A DNA stretch of 64,000 bases from the human T2T-CHM13v2.0 reference genome, Homo sapiens. A program made the position numbers and the translations under genes. Positions 40,384 to 53,903 of this stretch are shown here, in pieces. Location: assembly GCF_009914755.1 (NCBI RefSeq), contig NC_060942.1. The stretch is one strand, 5' to 3'. The notes under the pieces are model-generated. The model did not search any database. It saw nothing but the letters and a program-made list of their open reading frames with translations, and was not told where the DNA came from. The first letter of the stretch is position 1. The number at the start of each line of letters is the position of its first letter.

Positions 40384-42156
40384 CTGCTAATAATTATTAC
40401 AGAAATTCAGGGAGGAAAATAATCCAAAGATAATGAAATATTAAAACTGGGGTAATTTTCATGGAGGAAGAATATTTTAGGACCCATATGCTGCAGGACA
40501 TAAAGGTTGCTGGTGGGTCCAACAGAGGTTTCTGAGTCAGACATGCCCAACACAATACATAGGTCAGGAACTGTGGCTGCTGAAACTAAAGATATTTTTT
40601 CTCAACCTTTATAAGCTTTAATTTTTCCAACCTATCAAACAAGTCTTTTTCAAAATGACCATAAAAATAAACACTGAGAGATATTTATGGAGCTGCTGGT
40701 GGCAAGTATCATGGAACAAGGCAGTGCTTGATAAAGGCAGTAGGCTTTGGAAGCCAACAGTGGATTGGTCTCCTTTGTGTTGTGATTTTAGAACTCCTGC
40801 CTACAACTCCTTTTCCTACCACTAGAGACACATCCATATGGATACAAGGGATATTTAGGTCATCAAGAGGGGATCCCTATGATTTCAACCTATGATCAGT
40901 ACGACTTGTTCCACAAATTCAGAACTGGTATATACTTCAATTTCTGATTGTGTTTAGTTAATCCAACCACCCACCCAATCCCGCTTAAGGACAAATATTT
41001 TTTGGCGCCTACTTCCCTTCTGTAATTTCTTAAGGACATGGGAATTTATCCACTGAAGTGTTTCAATTCTCTTCCAAGTGGCCAAGGAGAAACAGATTAG
41101 TTCTGCTTATGTTTGTTTATTTTTGGCCTCAAGGCATCACTCTGTAGGACAGGGCCTTCTGACTCAGTGAAGTATTTCTTTGTTCACAGGATGCTCCTGC
41201 AGCCCAGATCTTGCCCAGTCTGCACAAGTATCTTGAATTAGACTCATTCTTTTCTCCCTCCCTCCCTCCTTTCTTCTTTCCGTACTTTTCACCATACCAT
41301 TTCATGCACAACCATGGAGTCCCTACAGAAAAATCAGACGTTCCTGAGAATCTTAGAGGCTCGTAAACTGGGACTGGGATACCAGTCTAGATTCTCTTTT
41401 CTTCCAGAAATTTTATTTTAGGGAACAGTTTGACTTTCCCTGTCAGTGGGTGGAGAAAAAGATCAGCCTGGTCTTTATATCCAGAAACCAATGCCTCATT
41501 ATCCAAAGTAATCATTTTTTTCCCCTCAGCCAACAGAAAGGCAGGTTTACTAAGCTTCTCAACAAATAGAAGCTGTTACTCACTAGCATTTTCTAAGAAC
41601 AGTCAGTGACTACTGCCTCATATATGTGGTACTGAGAAAAGACATCGCAGAGGGTTTTTTCTGATCACTGCTGGTCTGTTTCAGGTTACTTGGTGAACCT
41701 CACCCCTACATATAGGAGAGAGGGTCACGGTTCTACTGTCTTCTCAAGGAGTCCTCTTTTAATTCAAGGCTTAAGAGGCACCCTGATGCAAAAATATTTC
41801 TAAGGAAATAATAGCTTTATTATAACTTTATTGTCTAAGAAAAAATCTGAACAGATAACTTTGGGAGGTTGAAAGAGATCAGAAGCTACAATTAAAGGAG
41901 TAACAGGAGAAGTCTAAAGGCAAATTTCCTCTTTGATGTGATGTTGAAGACCCACAGCAGACTGGGAGCTACAAGTTTATTTTCTGAGTTATTTTAGAAA
42001 TTATTTTTCCTAAGGAAGATTTAAAAACATTATTTACATGTGAACAAAAATGATCATATATGAAGATAATTTATGAGCTCATAGTAACATCCTAGTTATT
42101 CCTCAATATTCAAAATGAAAGACAAAAGCATAATATGCTTTAGAGAAGGTGTGGAT

Positions 42157-42455
42157 TTTTTTTTCTTATTTTAGAGACAGGGTCTTGATCTGTTGCCCAG
42201 GCTGGAGTACAGTGGTGTGATCACAGCTCACGGCAGGCTTGATCTCCTGGGCTCAAGCAATTCTCCTACCTCAGCTTCCCAAGTAGCTGTGACAACAGGC
42301 ACATGCCACTATGCATGGCTAATTTTTTGATTTTTTGTAGAGACAAGGTCTCACTATGTTGACTAGGCTGATCTCAAACTCCTGAGCTGAAGCGATCCTC
42401 CTGCCTTGGCCTCCCCAAGTGCTGGGATTACAGGCATGAGCCACCACACCTGGCC
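42157..42455 (-). mobile_element. AluJ
   Basis: J-type segments (agacagggtct, ctcctgggctcaagc, ggtctcactatgtt). Confidence 0.9.
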
Positions 42456-42809
42456 AAGACATGTATTTTTATATCAGATAGAATAGGGTCATACCAGCAA
42501 AGAGCACAAAATGTTACGCAACTGATGTCTCAGAGTTCTCCTTTATAAAATGATAGCTATATAACTGTGAAATATGATTATATTACTCCTTTTAAAAATT
42601 GCTACAATGATTAAATTAGATAATTCATGTGAATAAATGTATATTTATTGGCTTTCAACTTTTTGGCTGTGTAATTTAATCAATTTACTTAACTCCTGCA
42701 CCTCAATTTTCTGATTTTTAATGTTTGCCTTATTATAGTAACTACTCAAGGGATTATTGTGAAGATCTTATACATGTTAGTTCTTTAAGTAGTGACCATT
42801 AAGTACACG

Positions 42810-42840
<31 letters not shown>
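42810..42840. repeat. (GAT)n microsatellite
   Basis: About 10 perfect units. Confidence 0.95.
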
Positions 42841-44032
42841 ATACTGACTGCCTGGCTGTAGTAAACACCAATCAATTGTGATCATTAATTTTTATTCTCT
42901 ATGCAGAACTCTTTAACTTAAAAAAGTCCACCTTCAGTAATTTATAATGTGTTAACTAATAACATAGTTGTTAACTTCACACTCTTCCTTTCTATTTCAA
43001 TGGTCTATTTTTTATTTTCTTCCTAACTTTGTATCTGTCTTCCTTTCTTTCTTACTAGGTAAGGCCTGAATATTTTACACCTAACTTTAGAAATGCCCAT
43101 TAAGTTATATAAAATAATGAACAAAACATGTAAGTTGAACTAGAAAGAGCACTGGTCTTAATAGAAAGAGAGCTGGGTTCTAGTCCCCATTCTGACACTT
43201 TCTATGAGAGCTTGAGGTGAATTATTACTTGGAATCTAAATATACATTTATTACTTCTGCTCTTGAAACTCAGCTCACTGAAGGACCATTATAACTCTTC
43301 TTGTCTCCTAGCTTCTAGTTGTCTCCTGACCTTGAAGTTGTTGTTTCTGCTGCCACCTTCCTCCTTTACAGCATCCATTTCAAATTTGAAAGTCTCCTTG
43401 ATTATATCATGATTGTTTCAGAAGAGCTTTCTCTTTCAGTCCATCTTATAGAAAACTGACAAGTTAGGTTGGCTGGCCTTTAAACTAGTACACTGCACAG
43501 TCCAAACAGCCAAAATGAGGAGAGGGGCCTGATGACCCAGAACAGAGTTTAGGAAACTCTATTCTGCTGGTGTAAGCAAACGTTTTTCTTACAAGGCAAC
43601 AGGTATAGAAGGCAATATGACTGATTCATATAAAACAAAGTTTAAGACTATGTGCCTGGGCCGGCATTTGGCACCAAGAAAATAAAGCTGAATAAGACAT
43701 AGTTTTTGCCCTTCAGGAGCTCATAGTCTAATGTGTTAAATAGAAATTACATTGAGATAAAATGAGTGCGTAACTGCTATCAAAAGGTATGTGCTCTCTG
43801 CAAGGGCAAAATAAAAGGATCTTAGCTTATGTTGGATGTTAAGAAACATTTACTCTTTAGAGTATGATCCTTGAGCCTGAGTCTTAAAGGATGAGCAAGA
43901 ATCTGGAAAAAAAAAAGTGTCAGAAAGTCATTCTACATCACAGAGACATGGATGAAGAACAAAGGTAAAGAAGTGTGGCAGAGGACTGGAGTGTGAGTGT
44001 GTGTGTGTGTGTGTGTGAGATCCTACAACTAC

Positions 44033-44377
44033 CGCCATATGCTGGGTAACAACATTTTGGTCACCAATAGGCCATAGCTAGGGCGGTGGTTTTATAAGAT
44101 TACAATACAGTATTTTTACTATGCCTTTTCTATGCTTATGTATGTTTAGATGTGCAAATACTTACCGATGTTTTATAATTGCTTACATTACTCAGTACAA
44201 TATTATGCTTTATAGGTTTGCAGCCTAGGAGCAATGGGTCATACTCTCTAGCTTAGGTGAGTAGTAGGCTAAACCATCTAGGTTTGTGGAGGGAAATGAT
44301 GATGTTTGCATAACAACAAAATTGCCCAGTGAAGCAATTTTCACAATGTGTCCGTGTAGTTAAGTGACACATGACTG
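44033..44377 (+). mobile_element. Tigger3a-like TcMar-Tigger non-autonomous element
   Basis: Matches recalled consensus (cagcctaggagcaat...gtagtaggct...ccatctaggtttgtg; end gttaagtgacacatgactg). Confidence 0.8.
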
Positions 44378-46779
44378 TGGCTCAGCACTTCTGGTCATCT
44401 AGAGAGTAGGACAGATGATTAATACATGAATGAGAAGGGAATGGGTATAGAAAGAAAAACACTGTGAGGGTCAGAGCGGGTGGTTAAAGACATAGAAGAG
44501 AGGGAGAATAACTGATGAATCTCTGTCCTAGCGGAAATGAGAAAAGATGAGATGGAGAGAATTGCTGGATGGAGTGCTACTATAAAGGGCTTCTCTCCCT
44601 TGAGACAGGAGGAAAGGAAGTAAAGAAAGGAGTACAGGTAGATAAACATTTTGATGGGGAGCAGAGTGATGAGGCCCATTTCCCCAGTGGCTTTCATTCT
44701 TCTGTGAGGTAGTTGAGGGGTTTGCCTGCTATGAGAGTGTATAGGGTGGTAAAAACCTTGAAGAGAAGGCCAATGTTTTGGCATATTCACTAAAGATCCC
44801 AGGAAAGAAGAATCACTATGTGTAAGTAAACAAAATAACTAGTGAAAAATAAATAATCAAGAATAAGTAAAATATTAGGCAGCATAAAAGGTCCATCCAA
44901 GATTGTGTGCAGTGAATTTGTTGATAACAATAAGCAAGGCTGGATGATTTCCACCAACATTGTCTTGTTCCCTGGCTCTAGGAGAAAAGAATGCAGATTG
45001 TAGTTTTGATCTTTTTCTATGCTCTCTATAAGTTTCCAGTTAGGGTTATGCTTTTTCCAGAAGAGAAGGTGGGAGGGCTCTTAGTAAGAATGATTCAGGT
45101 GACCAAGCTTGGGGGTCAGGCTGGCAAGGCTTATGGCAAGAGCTAGGTGGGGAACAAAGAGAAGCTGATTTTCAGGATAGTGTGAGGATCACTCAAGCAG
45201 AGGACTTTATGAGGTTGAAGAATTGGCGGAATGAGAGAGATTATTAGAAAGCTATAAGATGAGGTGATGTGGTGAGTCAACAGTATAGTATGAGACTGCT
45301 GGAATTACTGATGTGATAATAATTCTGGGGTTGATGCTACAGGAAGCTAGAGCTAATAATAGTTCAAATTAGGCCTAATATTCAAACCGAACAGGGGACG
45401 TAGTCAAATGATAGAAAATTTCGACTCTGTTTTCTGCCCCATGATCTGGCATAATGTTTTTAAGGAAGGATAACTCAATGGCTAGACTTTTGTATAGTAT
45501 CTTCTTCTTGTTTTCCCCCTTGTCCCACCTCCTCATCATTTTGAAACAGCTTTACTTTGAGTCCTATAAAACCCCCAGTAAGCAAAGTTGTAGACTGTGA
45601 AGCTCTACTTTATTTGGTGTAAATAATCAAAGTTACTTAAGGTTTTACACATATTACAAAATTGCTGGGGTCAGGGTCAGGAGGAAGTGTTTCTGGCCCT
45701 TGTACATTTGCTGAAAGTTTGAATCAGGTGAGAGTGAAGGAAACAAGACCCTAGACAAAATAAAGAGGTAAACATCTGTCACCTTTGTCCTCCTGCTCCT
45801 TGTGTGACGAAGGTTGCCATGGTGCTAGAAGAGAACAGAACTCAAAGAAAACAAGCAAAATGTACTGAACGTAATATGAGGAATTTTTTTAAATCTTTGA
45901 TTTTTTTTCCTCTGACTCAGACTTGGTGAGAAAATTTTCTGACTCACTCAGTATGTTATATACCATGTTAACAGTAACTTTTTCCAATATAGCATATACT
46001 CCAACCAGAGTAGTTTCAGCTTTTCCTATTTCATCCTGGGGCCCTCGGGGATGCAGCTATTGGGCTACTGTGTGTAGTTTCTGGTGATAAAGATTTCTGA
46101 TGTAAAGGATTTCCAAGGGATGACAAAGTCCATGATGAGGGACTGGGTGTGGACAAAATAAGTGGTTTGGAGACAAAAGCCCTCAGCTTTTAAGGTGCGA
46201 AACAACCTCTGCCCTTTGTTTTCAAATAAGTCATATCTGGCTGATCAAAATAAATACTGTAGCACCATTTGGAAGCTTCCTCTGAAGAAAAATGCCTGCT
46301 CTGGGCCAAAAGCTGCAGCAGTGAGCCTGTTCCTGCCAAAGTGATTTTTCCCCCTTCTTTGTTCCTCTTGATAATCCTAACAGTCTTTTGTATGTACACA
46401 GAGCTGAAAGCTATAATAACCCCAATTTTACAGATAAAATAACTAAGGCTCAGGAACAGAACGAATCTTCCCCCAAAGTGCACGGCAGGACGGTAGTGAA
46501 GCTGGAGCTAAAGTCTGAATCTTCACATCCTGCTCCCTTCCTGCATGGCCAGTCTGGTCCCTGGCAGAGAAGACCAGTGTTTCTCCATGAGTTCATGTGC
46601 ATCTGTGCGTGTGTCCTCTGTGCACTCAGGCCTCCAGGACTTTTGTCACCGTCCAGAATCACTGGTCTTGACCATGACACATTCTCCAAGAAGCTGAACT
46701 CCCGTTTTTGTTTGTTTGCTTATTTTTACACAGTAGCACATCTGTGTGCAAAAAGAGAGAATGTGGTGTCCAAGCTGCA

Positions 46780-47750
46780 GGATCTGACCCCCGAAGCCTC
46801 GCCAGCGGCGTCTGTCCGGCTTGCTCTTCTGTCTGAGCTGCGCTCCGGGGAGGCGCCTGGCTGTTTAGCCGCCGTATCCCCTGGCAATCTGTTCAGGAAA
46901 ATAGACCAGAAAGGGCTGCCCAGGGCTGCGCCAGCTTCAGAATCCTGCTGCCATCTAGGGATGAGATGAAGCGTCTTCCCGCGTACAGCCGCCCTGATGG
47001 ATCGCTGGGGCCTCGGGCGGGGTGCACCGCTGTCCTTTCGCCGCCGTCTGGGCGGCACTGCACGTGCAGCGCGCGGTCCCCCACCCAGCGCAGCCCGCAA
47101 CACCCCTGGTCTGCCGCAGGAGACCCTGCCGATGCCACTCAGGGTCAAGACTCTGGCGCGGTGGAAACTGCAGAGCAAAAGGAAACACAGACAAAAACAG
47201 TGAGAAGGTAAAAAGAGAGCGAGAGAAAACAGCTAGGGAGCAAGGAGCAGAAACCCTGCAAGAACAGAGACAAAAAGCGGAAGGTCCATCAGCGGAAGCG
47301 GGCTGCCCTAATCACCTGCGATGCGTGTGTTTATGGAACCTTGTCACTGTCACCACGCTGGTGTCCACACGCAGCTTAATGAGGTCCAAAGCGCCAAGCT
47401 ACTTTATTTTCCATATATGATTTTCAATGTTTCCTTTTGCAAAAAGGAGCGGGGGCTGTGTAGGGGGGAGTGCAGGGAATAGGGTGGTGGAGGAAGTTAA
47501 GGAGGGGAGGGGGGAGAGCGGAGAGGCTGGGTGGGCGGGGGAGATACTACTGCCTTTAGTAAAGATTGCATAGAAAATCCGGAAAGAGGAGACTTATGGA
47601 GTTAACTTTATTGTCTTATATTATGGTGTAAGCATCTCTTTCTTCTACAAACAGAACAATGGGCCTTTCAAAGAAGGGAAGGGGAGAGGGTTGACTGGTG
47701 GGGGGGTGGGCGGTGGGGGAAAGGGAGGGGTCAGGGATTGGGGAAAGGGT
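46780..47750 (-). promoter_or_regulatory. CpG-rich promoter-like region with G-rich (GC-box/G4) upstream tracts
   Basis: Only non-repeat CpG-dense segment in the window (46.8-47.35 kb); GGGCGG boxes and G-runs at 47450-47545 and 47677-47750. Direction inferred from the splice donor. Confidence 0.75.
47316..47455 (-). other. Probable non-coding first exon (contains a 12-codon uORF)
   Basis: Donor CAG/GTGATT at 47316/47315 between the G-rich promoter tract and the CpG-rich segment. ATG at 47414 gives MENKVAWRFGPH* ending 47376. TSS is a guess. Confidence 0.5.
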
Positions 47751-49796
47751 CCTGCTGTTGACTGGGAGGCCCTGCTGGGAAACTTCAAATCACATTCTTT
47801 CTGAAAGGAAGTGTTATTAAAAGTAACTTTAATCCTTCCAGCCAGACGGCTCATAAAAGCATACAATTAAGTCAAACAAATGACAAGAGCATTTTCTCTC
47901 CTACCTGTTTCCCCCTTCTGAGAGTAATTAGTACAGGCTAGTCTTGTCTCATTTCGTGCAAATAGAAGCAGAGCGCGGCTTTGGTAGGTGCCAGATTTTC
48001 TCTTACTTTCCTCAACCTGCCTCTTCCTTCCCTATCGCCCCACCCAAAACCCGGTTCAGCTCTTGGTACCAACCAGCCTGTCTGCAGATCCAGCCAAGAA
48101 CAAAGGGGCGAATTTCAATATTTCCTCTTTGTGCAAGGTTAATTGAAAATCAAAAAGTCACTTTTCAAATGTCATATTAAACCCGCCACTGCATCAATTT
48201 CCTTTTGGTGCCCATCTCCATAGGCAAGAGAAAAGTGTTTTGCGGGGGAGGGAGGCGGGGGAAGTAAGGACACAATGAGGGAAAAGAGAAAGAAAGAAGT
48301 GAAGGGATTAAAAAAATCAGAGATACACACACACTTTGATTGCAGATAGGCTAACATGCAGCGGAAAATTGTTTCCCAGAGTGTCCTCAGTCAAAGGCAG
48401 CCTTTACATTCGATACTGCGTTACTTGATATTCCAGAGACAGAACTGCATCCTAAACCTAGAGAGATTAGGCCTCCATGTTTTTATGTTTTAGTAGATGG
48501 ATCACAATATGATTGTCATAAATGCCATCAGATTTTAAAACCTTAAAGGGTAATGTAATAACCTGATCATCTTCATTCGCCCTTCCCACTTTTTATACCC
48601 CTCTGAAACAGGTACAGAAACACACAGACATCCCCACAGATAGAGATACAGCCCTATGGGGTTCTGACAGTCAGTTTTTGTCACAAGGTATTTTGGAAGT
48701 GTTGGGCTGGAGTTTAATGATCTAGCATCCTTAACTTTGCTTCTGGCCCAGTGACTGTTCTCTGTCTGGATTTCCTGACACTCAGTTTTCTCCTTTCTAA
48801 AATAAGCCATAGTATCAGCCTCCTGAATTCACTACTCAGACTACATGAGGGGCCACATGAATAGAACAAACCCATACTGATGCTTTACCCTCTTCTCACG
48901 TTCCCTAGGTCTTGTGCTTGATTAGGTGATCTTAACAAGCTCAGTTTTCTGGAGTGGGAACCTGGCTTGTTGGTGCCAGTATTCCTGAGGTCTGCAGAAT
49001 GGCCTGGGGATAGAACTCTCTGTTGCCAGGCTTCCTCATGCTCACTGTGTGTGTTTCCCGTGCTCCCTGCCGCTCTGCTACACTCACTTGCCAGTCGTTC
49101 CTGAAGCCAGTTGCTTTCCTGCCCAATTGCTTTGGTCTTTCTGTCTAATATTTGTCACCTTATTTTCCAGGTATGGGGCTAGGGGTGTACCCTCTCCTAT
49201 GATGTACCAATGAATCTATTTCCTGTGGACCAGCCATGGTAGATAAGCCATGATAGGCTTATCTACCAGGAAATATTTGATTTACTACAGCTTTAACTTC
49301 TAAATATGCGTACAAATAACTTTTTGGTTAGATAAGCAGAGTGAAGAAGCAGAATTGTAAATTGAATTCATTCTAAGATGACCCACCTGCATAAACCAGG
49401 CCCCTAAACCTTTTTTCATCTTCAATAATATTGTAATATTGTGGTGATATCAGATGTGCCTATCAACCCTAAATGAAGGGTAGGTGGAGAAGAACATTAC
49501 AACTCTCTAAACTCATTAGAATGCAAAGATAGAGAGAGTTTCTGTAACAACAGCCACTAGCTGTGTCAAAGTTCTCCTAGTGGCATTATCTTCATTGGTA
49601 AGATTGAATAGACAAAATCAGTGTCTTACCCTTTTAGATTTCTATCAACCCATACCTGTATGCAATATGCTGTGCCCTAGTAGACTCTTTCTTACAGATT
49701 TTCATTAAAATATTGCATCTGTTATACAAGTTTTCTTAGCATGCCCAGATAACAATTACTTCTTCATTGTGCAGCACTTCTTCCCATATAAACTTC

Positions 49797-50162
49797 TGTC
49801 TCGGTCCATTCAGGCTGCTATAGCAAAACACATTAGACTGAGTAATTTGTAAACAACAGAAATTTATTTTTCACAGCTATAAGGGCTGGGAAATCCAAGA
49901 ATAAGGCACCAGCAGATTTGATGTCTGATGAGGGCTCCCTCTCTGCTTCACAGATGGTGACTTCTTGCTATTTTTTCACATGGTGAAGTCAGTGAACAAG
50001 CTACTTTAGGCCTCTTTTATAAAGGCGCTAATCCCATTCATATGGGCTCTGCTCTCAGGATGTAAACCCCTCTCGGAAGCCCCACATCTTAAAACTATTG
50101 CATTGGGGATTAGGTTTCAATATATACATTTTGCGGGGGACAAAATCATTTAGATCATAGCA
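49797..50162 (-). mobile_element. Solo MaLR LTR, MLT1A-like
   Basis: TG...CA ends, typical MLT1A body, TSD acttc/gcttc. Confidence 0.85.
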
Positions 50163-50669
50163 GCTTCTATTAGCTACTGGTAACAATTTGTTGTAAATAA
50201 TTGGACATATGTGTGTCTCCTTCCCACTCTCCAAACTTACTGAAAATAAGGATCATATCTATCCACTTTATAGTTCAGGAACTTAAGGGTAGATGTTTAA
50301 TAAATAATTGTTGGAGGTTGAAGAAATATAAAAAAGAAAATGCATCTGGGACTGTAATAGCATAATATCTAGATATTTTCCAAGCAATTTAGTAATAAAA
50401 ACCAAATTTGTCATCGTGTTGGGCCAGCAAAAAAGCAATCAGATGGCTGGATTAATTAATACCTGCAAACAATCATGTTAGAATTTTCACATATAGTCTA
50501 AGTTGACAGAATATGCATGTGCATCCCAAAACATTCTTTTAGCTGGTGAAGCTGTTTACTTAAGACATGCTTACAGTGAAAATTTGCCAGCATGACTTCT
50601 GTTTCCTTAGTCCACTTGAGTTTATTAATCTGATCTAGAATTTCCTGTCCTCAACACTACCACTAAAAT

Positions 50670-50737
50670 GAAAGAAAGAGAAAGAGGGAGGGAGGAAAGG
50701 AGAAAGGGAGGAAGGAAAGAAGGAAGGAAGGAAAAGA
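50670..50737. repeat. (GGAA)n-like polypurine tract
   Basis: Visible. Confidence 0.85.
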
Positions 50738-52179
50738 ACGAAACTTTGTATTTAACAGATACATCTACTCTGGAGTTGAAGTGGAATTCTGACAAGCCAG
50801 TTGGGCAATTCTAAAGGAAAACTTTTAAATTCCTACTTTTAAAACATTGGATGCTGAGAATAGTAGGTTATTGCTGGTTATCACTATTATGTTATATTTC
50901 TACAGAGAGATTCTCCAGAATCTTTAGAGGGCTCTCATTGAATGTGGAGTTTAAATATATGAGTAGAATTTATTTACAGTGGTAGAACTGGGAATTGGAA
51001 CTAATGTATGCATAGTGCGAGGGAAAGTCTGAGAACTTGGTTTTAGTAAAACTGGCATTTTGCCCTGATACTTCCTTTAATCCTCTATATAACCTTGGGC
51101 AAGGAACTAAATCTCTCAGATACTATATCTTCTATATTTTTAAAAGAGAATGTGTTGGGGAAGGCAATGGGTGAGACAATGCTGATCTAACATATGAATT
51201 ATGGTGAGAATCAAATGAGTCAGTATCTGTGAAATTGTGAAAAAAGTTACATGCATGTTAGAACTAGAAGACATTATTTATTACTTATATTTTAGTAACC
51301 TATCCAAATATATTGAATGCTTACTTTATGGTGACTTTGCTGCTCTGGTGCCAGAAGCTGGGCTCCAATTTGCCTGAATCTCTTAATGAAATCTGCTAGT
51401 GCAGAGTGTGTCATATTATCAAAAATTTTTGAATTGTCTTTTGATGGTAAGTACACACATATTCAAATATCTCAAAAAGCCGCTCCTGTTGAAAAGATGG
51501 ATGTAAGTGTTCTAAAGTCCGAGAGACAAGGGAGCTGTGGTAAAGGTTAGGATAGCTTTGCCAGACCAATGTCTCTTCTCATTTATGTCGCATGCTTTTT
51601 ATACCCTTCATACTCTCTCTTTTTAACAATCTCCTTCTCTCCCTTAATGCTAGTATTTTGTAAGATATTCAAAATGTGTATTTAATCCATCCAAGTTTGT
51701 AGTCTCCAGTGTCAAAGCTTCTGCTTAATGCTGAGTTAATGCTCAGTCGTGCCAAAGCTTGAAGCTTTCAACGCAGCCCTGAAACCAGCTGCGACACATC
51801 ACTAACGCTGAGGCTTTGGCTCCAGAGACTGCTGCCTGCATGGAGTAAATGCATCATTTTTTAAAGCTTTGTCAGTGCAATCTAAGAGCTGTGTACAGTG
51901 TAATTGGGGATCTTTGAAAAAAATATATATTTGAAACCATTTTACAAGAATCATCAGGGGAGGCTTGCTTGAAACTTTTTCTTCTTAACATCTCACTGCC
52001 CCAGAAACAGGTCTATCACTTTGGGTAGTTTTTGCTTTTGAGCAGATTGTTTCTTTTCTTCAACCATCTTTTCTTTTTCAGTAAGCTGAAGTAAATACAT
52101 TTGAGAAGGGAGACATTCTTCTCTGTAGTCTTAGAATGACAAATCTTGGAAGGAAGAACCTGGTACATCCTATCGTAGG

Positions 52180-52335
52180 CCATTGCTTCTCCAGGTGTGG
52201 TCCATGGATCAACAGCATCAGTGTCTCCTGGGACCTTACTAGAATGCAAATTATCTATGGGGAGCACCCAGGGATCTGTGTTTTAATAAGCCCTCAAGGT
52301 GATTCTGCTCAACATTAAAGTTTGAGAATCATAGC
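52180..52335. mobile_element. MER5A-like hAT MITE
   Basis: gtgtggtcc...cagcatcag...agaatgcaaatt...ggtgattctg...aaagtttgagaa. Confidence 0.8.
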
Positions 52336-53396
52336 TCTAGGTTATCTGAATTCAGAAATTCCTGATATTGCATCCTTGGGAGATGATTGTACAGCCTCAC
52401 TCAGAACATTTTAAGGATGGGAGACTCACTATATTAAAAGCCACCTGAAAAAAAATCAACCTATTCTGTGAGTAAATGTTTTCAAAAAGTCATTTTAAAA
52501 TGTATTGAGAGATACCTACTTCTATAGCATTCTTTTTGTTTTTATTCTTCTTATCTTCAATGCTTGGCATTGAGTAGGTGGTCAATATATTTGTATTAAA
52601 ATGAAGAAAATATTGGCCTTAGTTTTGTTTTCTAGACAAACCTATCTAATCCAATAAATCCATCTTATCTTTATTTCATGAGGCAGCCTGTCAGATATTG
52701 AAAGCTACTAAGATGTGCAAGTCCTCTCTTCTTTAAGTTAATGATGGCTGGATTTCTCGCATCCACGTCAGAGGACACTGCACACAAACTCAGGCATCCC
52801 CTGCTGACTGTCCTCTGGAAGTGGACTCTTTATCTTCTAGGAACAATGAAAAACCTCAGAACCATTACATATCATCTGGAAATAGACCAGAGTTTCCTGT
52901 GTATACAAATGCAAATAATTTTTAATAGAACTTAGAACTTTAAAATTAAATCTATTAAAATTGACATTATTAGTTCTGACCTGTTGAACTTTTCCTCTGT
53001 TATTCCTTCTTTATTGACAGTATTTCCCCTGTGTTTTAGAAGGCTAAAAAAGTTGTGTAAATAATAAATGCTTCTTAAAAAAGTATATAAATTAGGAAGG
53101 CAAACAAGAGAAAAATAAACACTTATAATTATACAATCCAGAAGAAATAGTAATTAGTAATTGTCTTTCTCCTTCTCTCTGCAGAAATATCTATATCTAT
53201 ACATACACATGCCCTGAATATATGACCATATTATAATTTGTATTATTTAGAACAAATCTTGATGCAAACACACACACATACACATCAGGTATCCCAACTT
53301 AGTTCTAAGTAGGGATTTGACATATCTGATAAACCTTTGTGGGATGTCTGCAACCTCTTGGAACGATGACGGATCCAGGCACCTTAGTGTGAACTA

Positions 53397-53476
53397 TTAG
53401 CTTGGTGCAAAAGTAATTGCAATTTCTGCCATTACTTTCAATGGCAAAAACTGCATTTACTTTTGCACCAACCTGA
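53397..53476. mobile_element. MADE1 mariner MITE (80 bp palindromic)
   Basis: Terminal inverted repeats ttggtgcaaaagtaa / ttacttttgcaccaa, flanked by TA on both sides. Confidence 0.93.
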
Positions 53477-53600
53477 TAGTTAGAAATCCTTCAGAACTTT
53501 TTGTCTTTAGAGTTGTCTCCCAACCTAATCTCCATTTGACTCATGTTTAAAAGCTGTAGGAAACAGAAAATCTGTAATTAGAAACAGCAAATGCTATTTC

Positions 53601-53903
<303 letters not shown>

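Noticed and set aside
47028-47035. REST/NRSE-like GGACAGCG on the minus strand
   Set aside because: Only the right half-site; no TCAGCACC partner nearby.
46388-47420. Overlapping 130-193 aa ORFs across the CpG-rich region
   Set aside because: Stop-codon scarcity in GC-rich DNA; no recognisable domain; several start at non-ATG codons.
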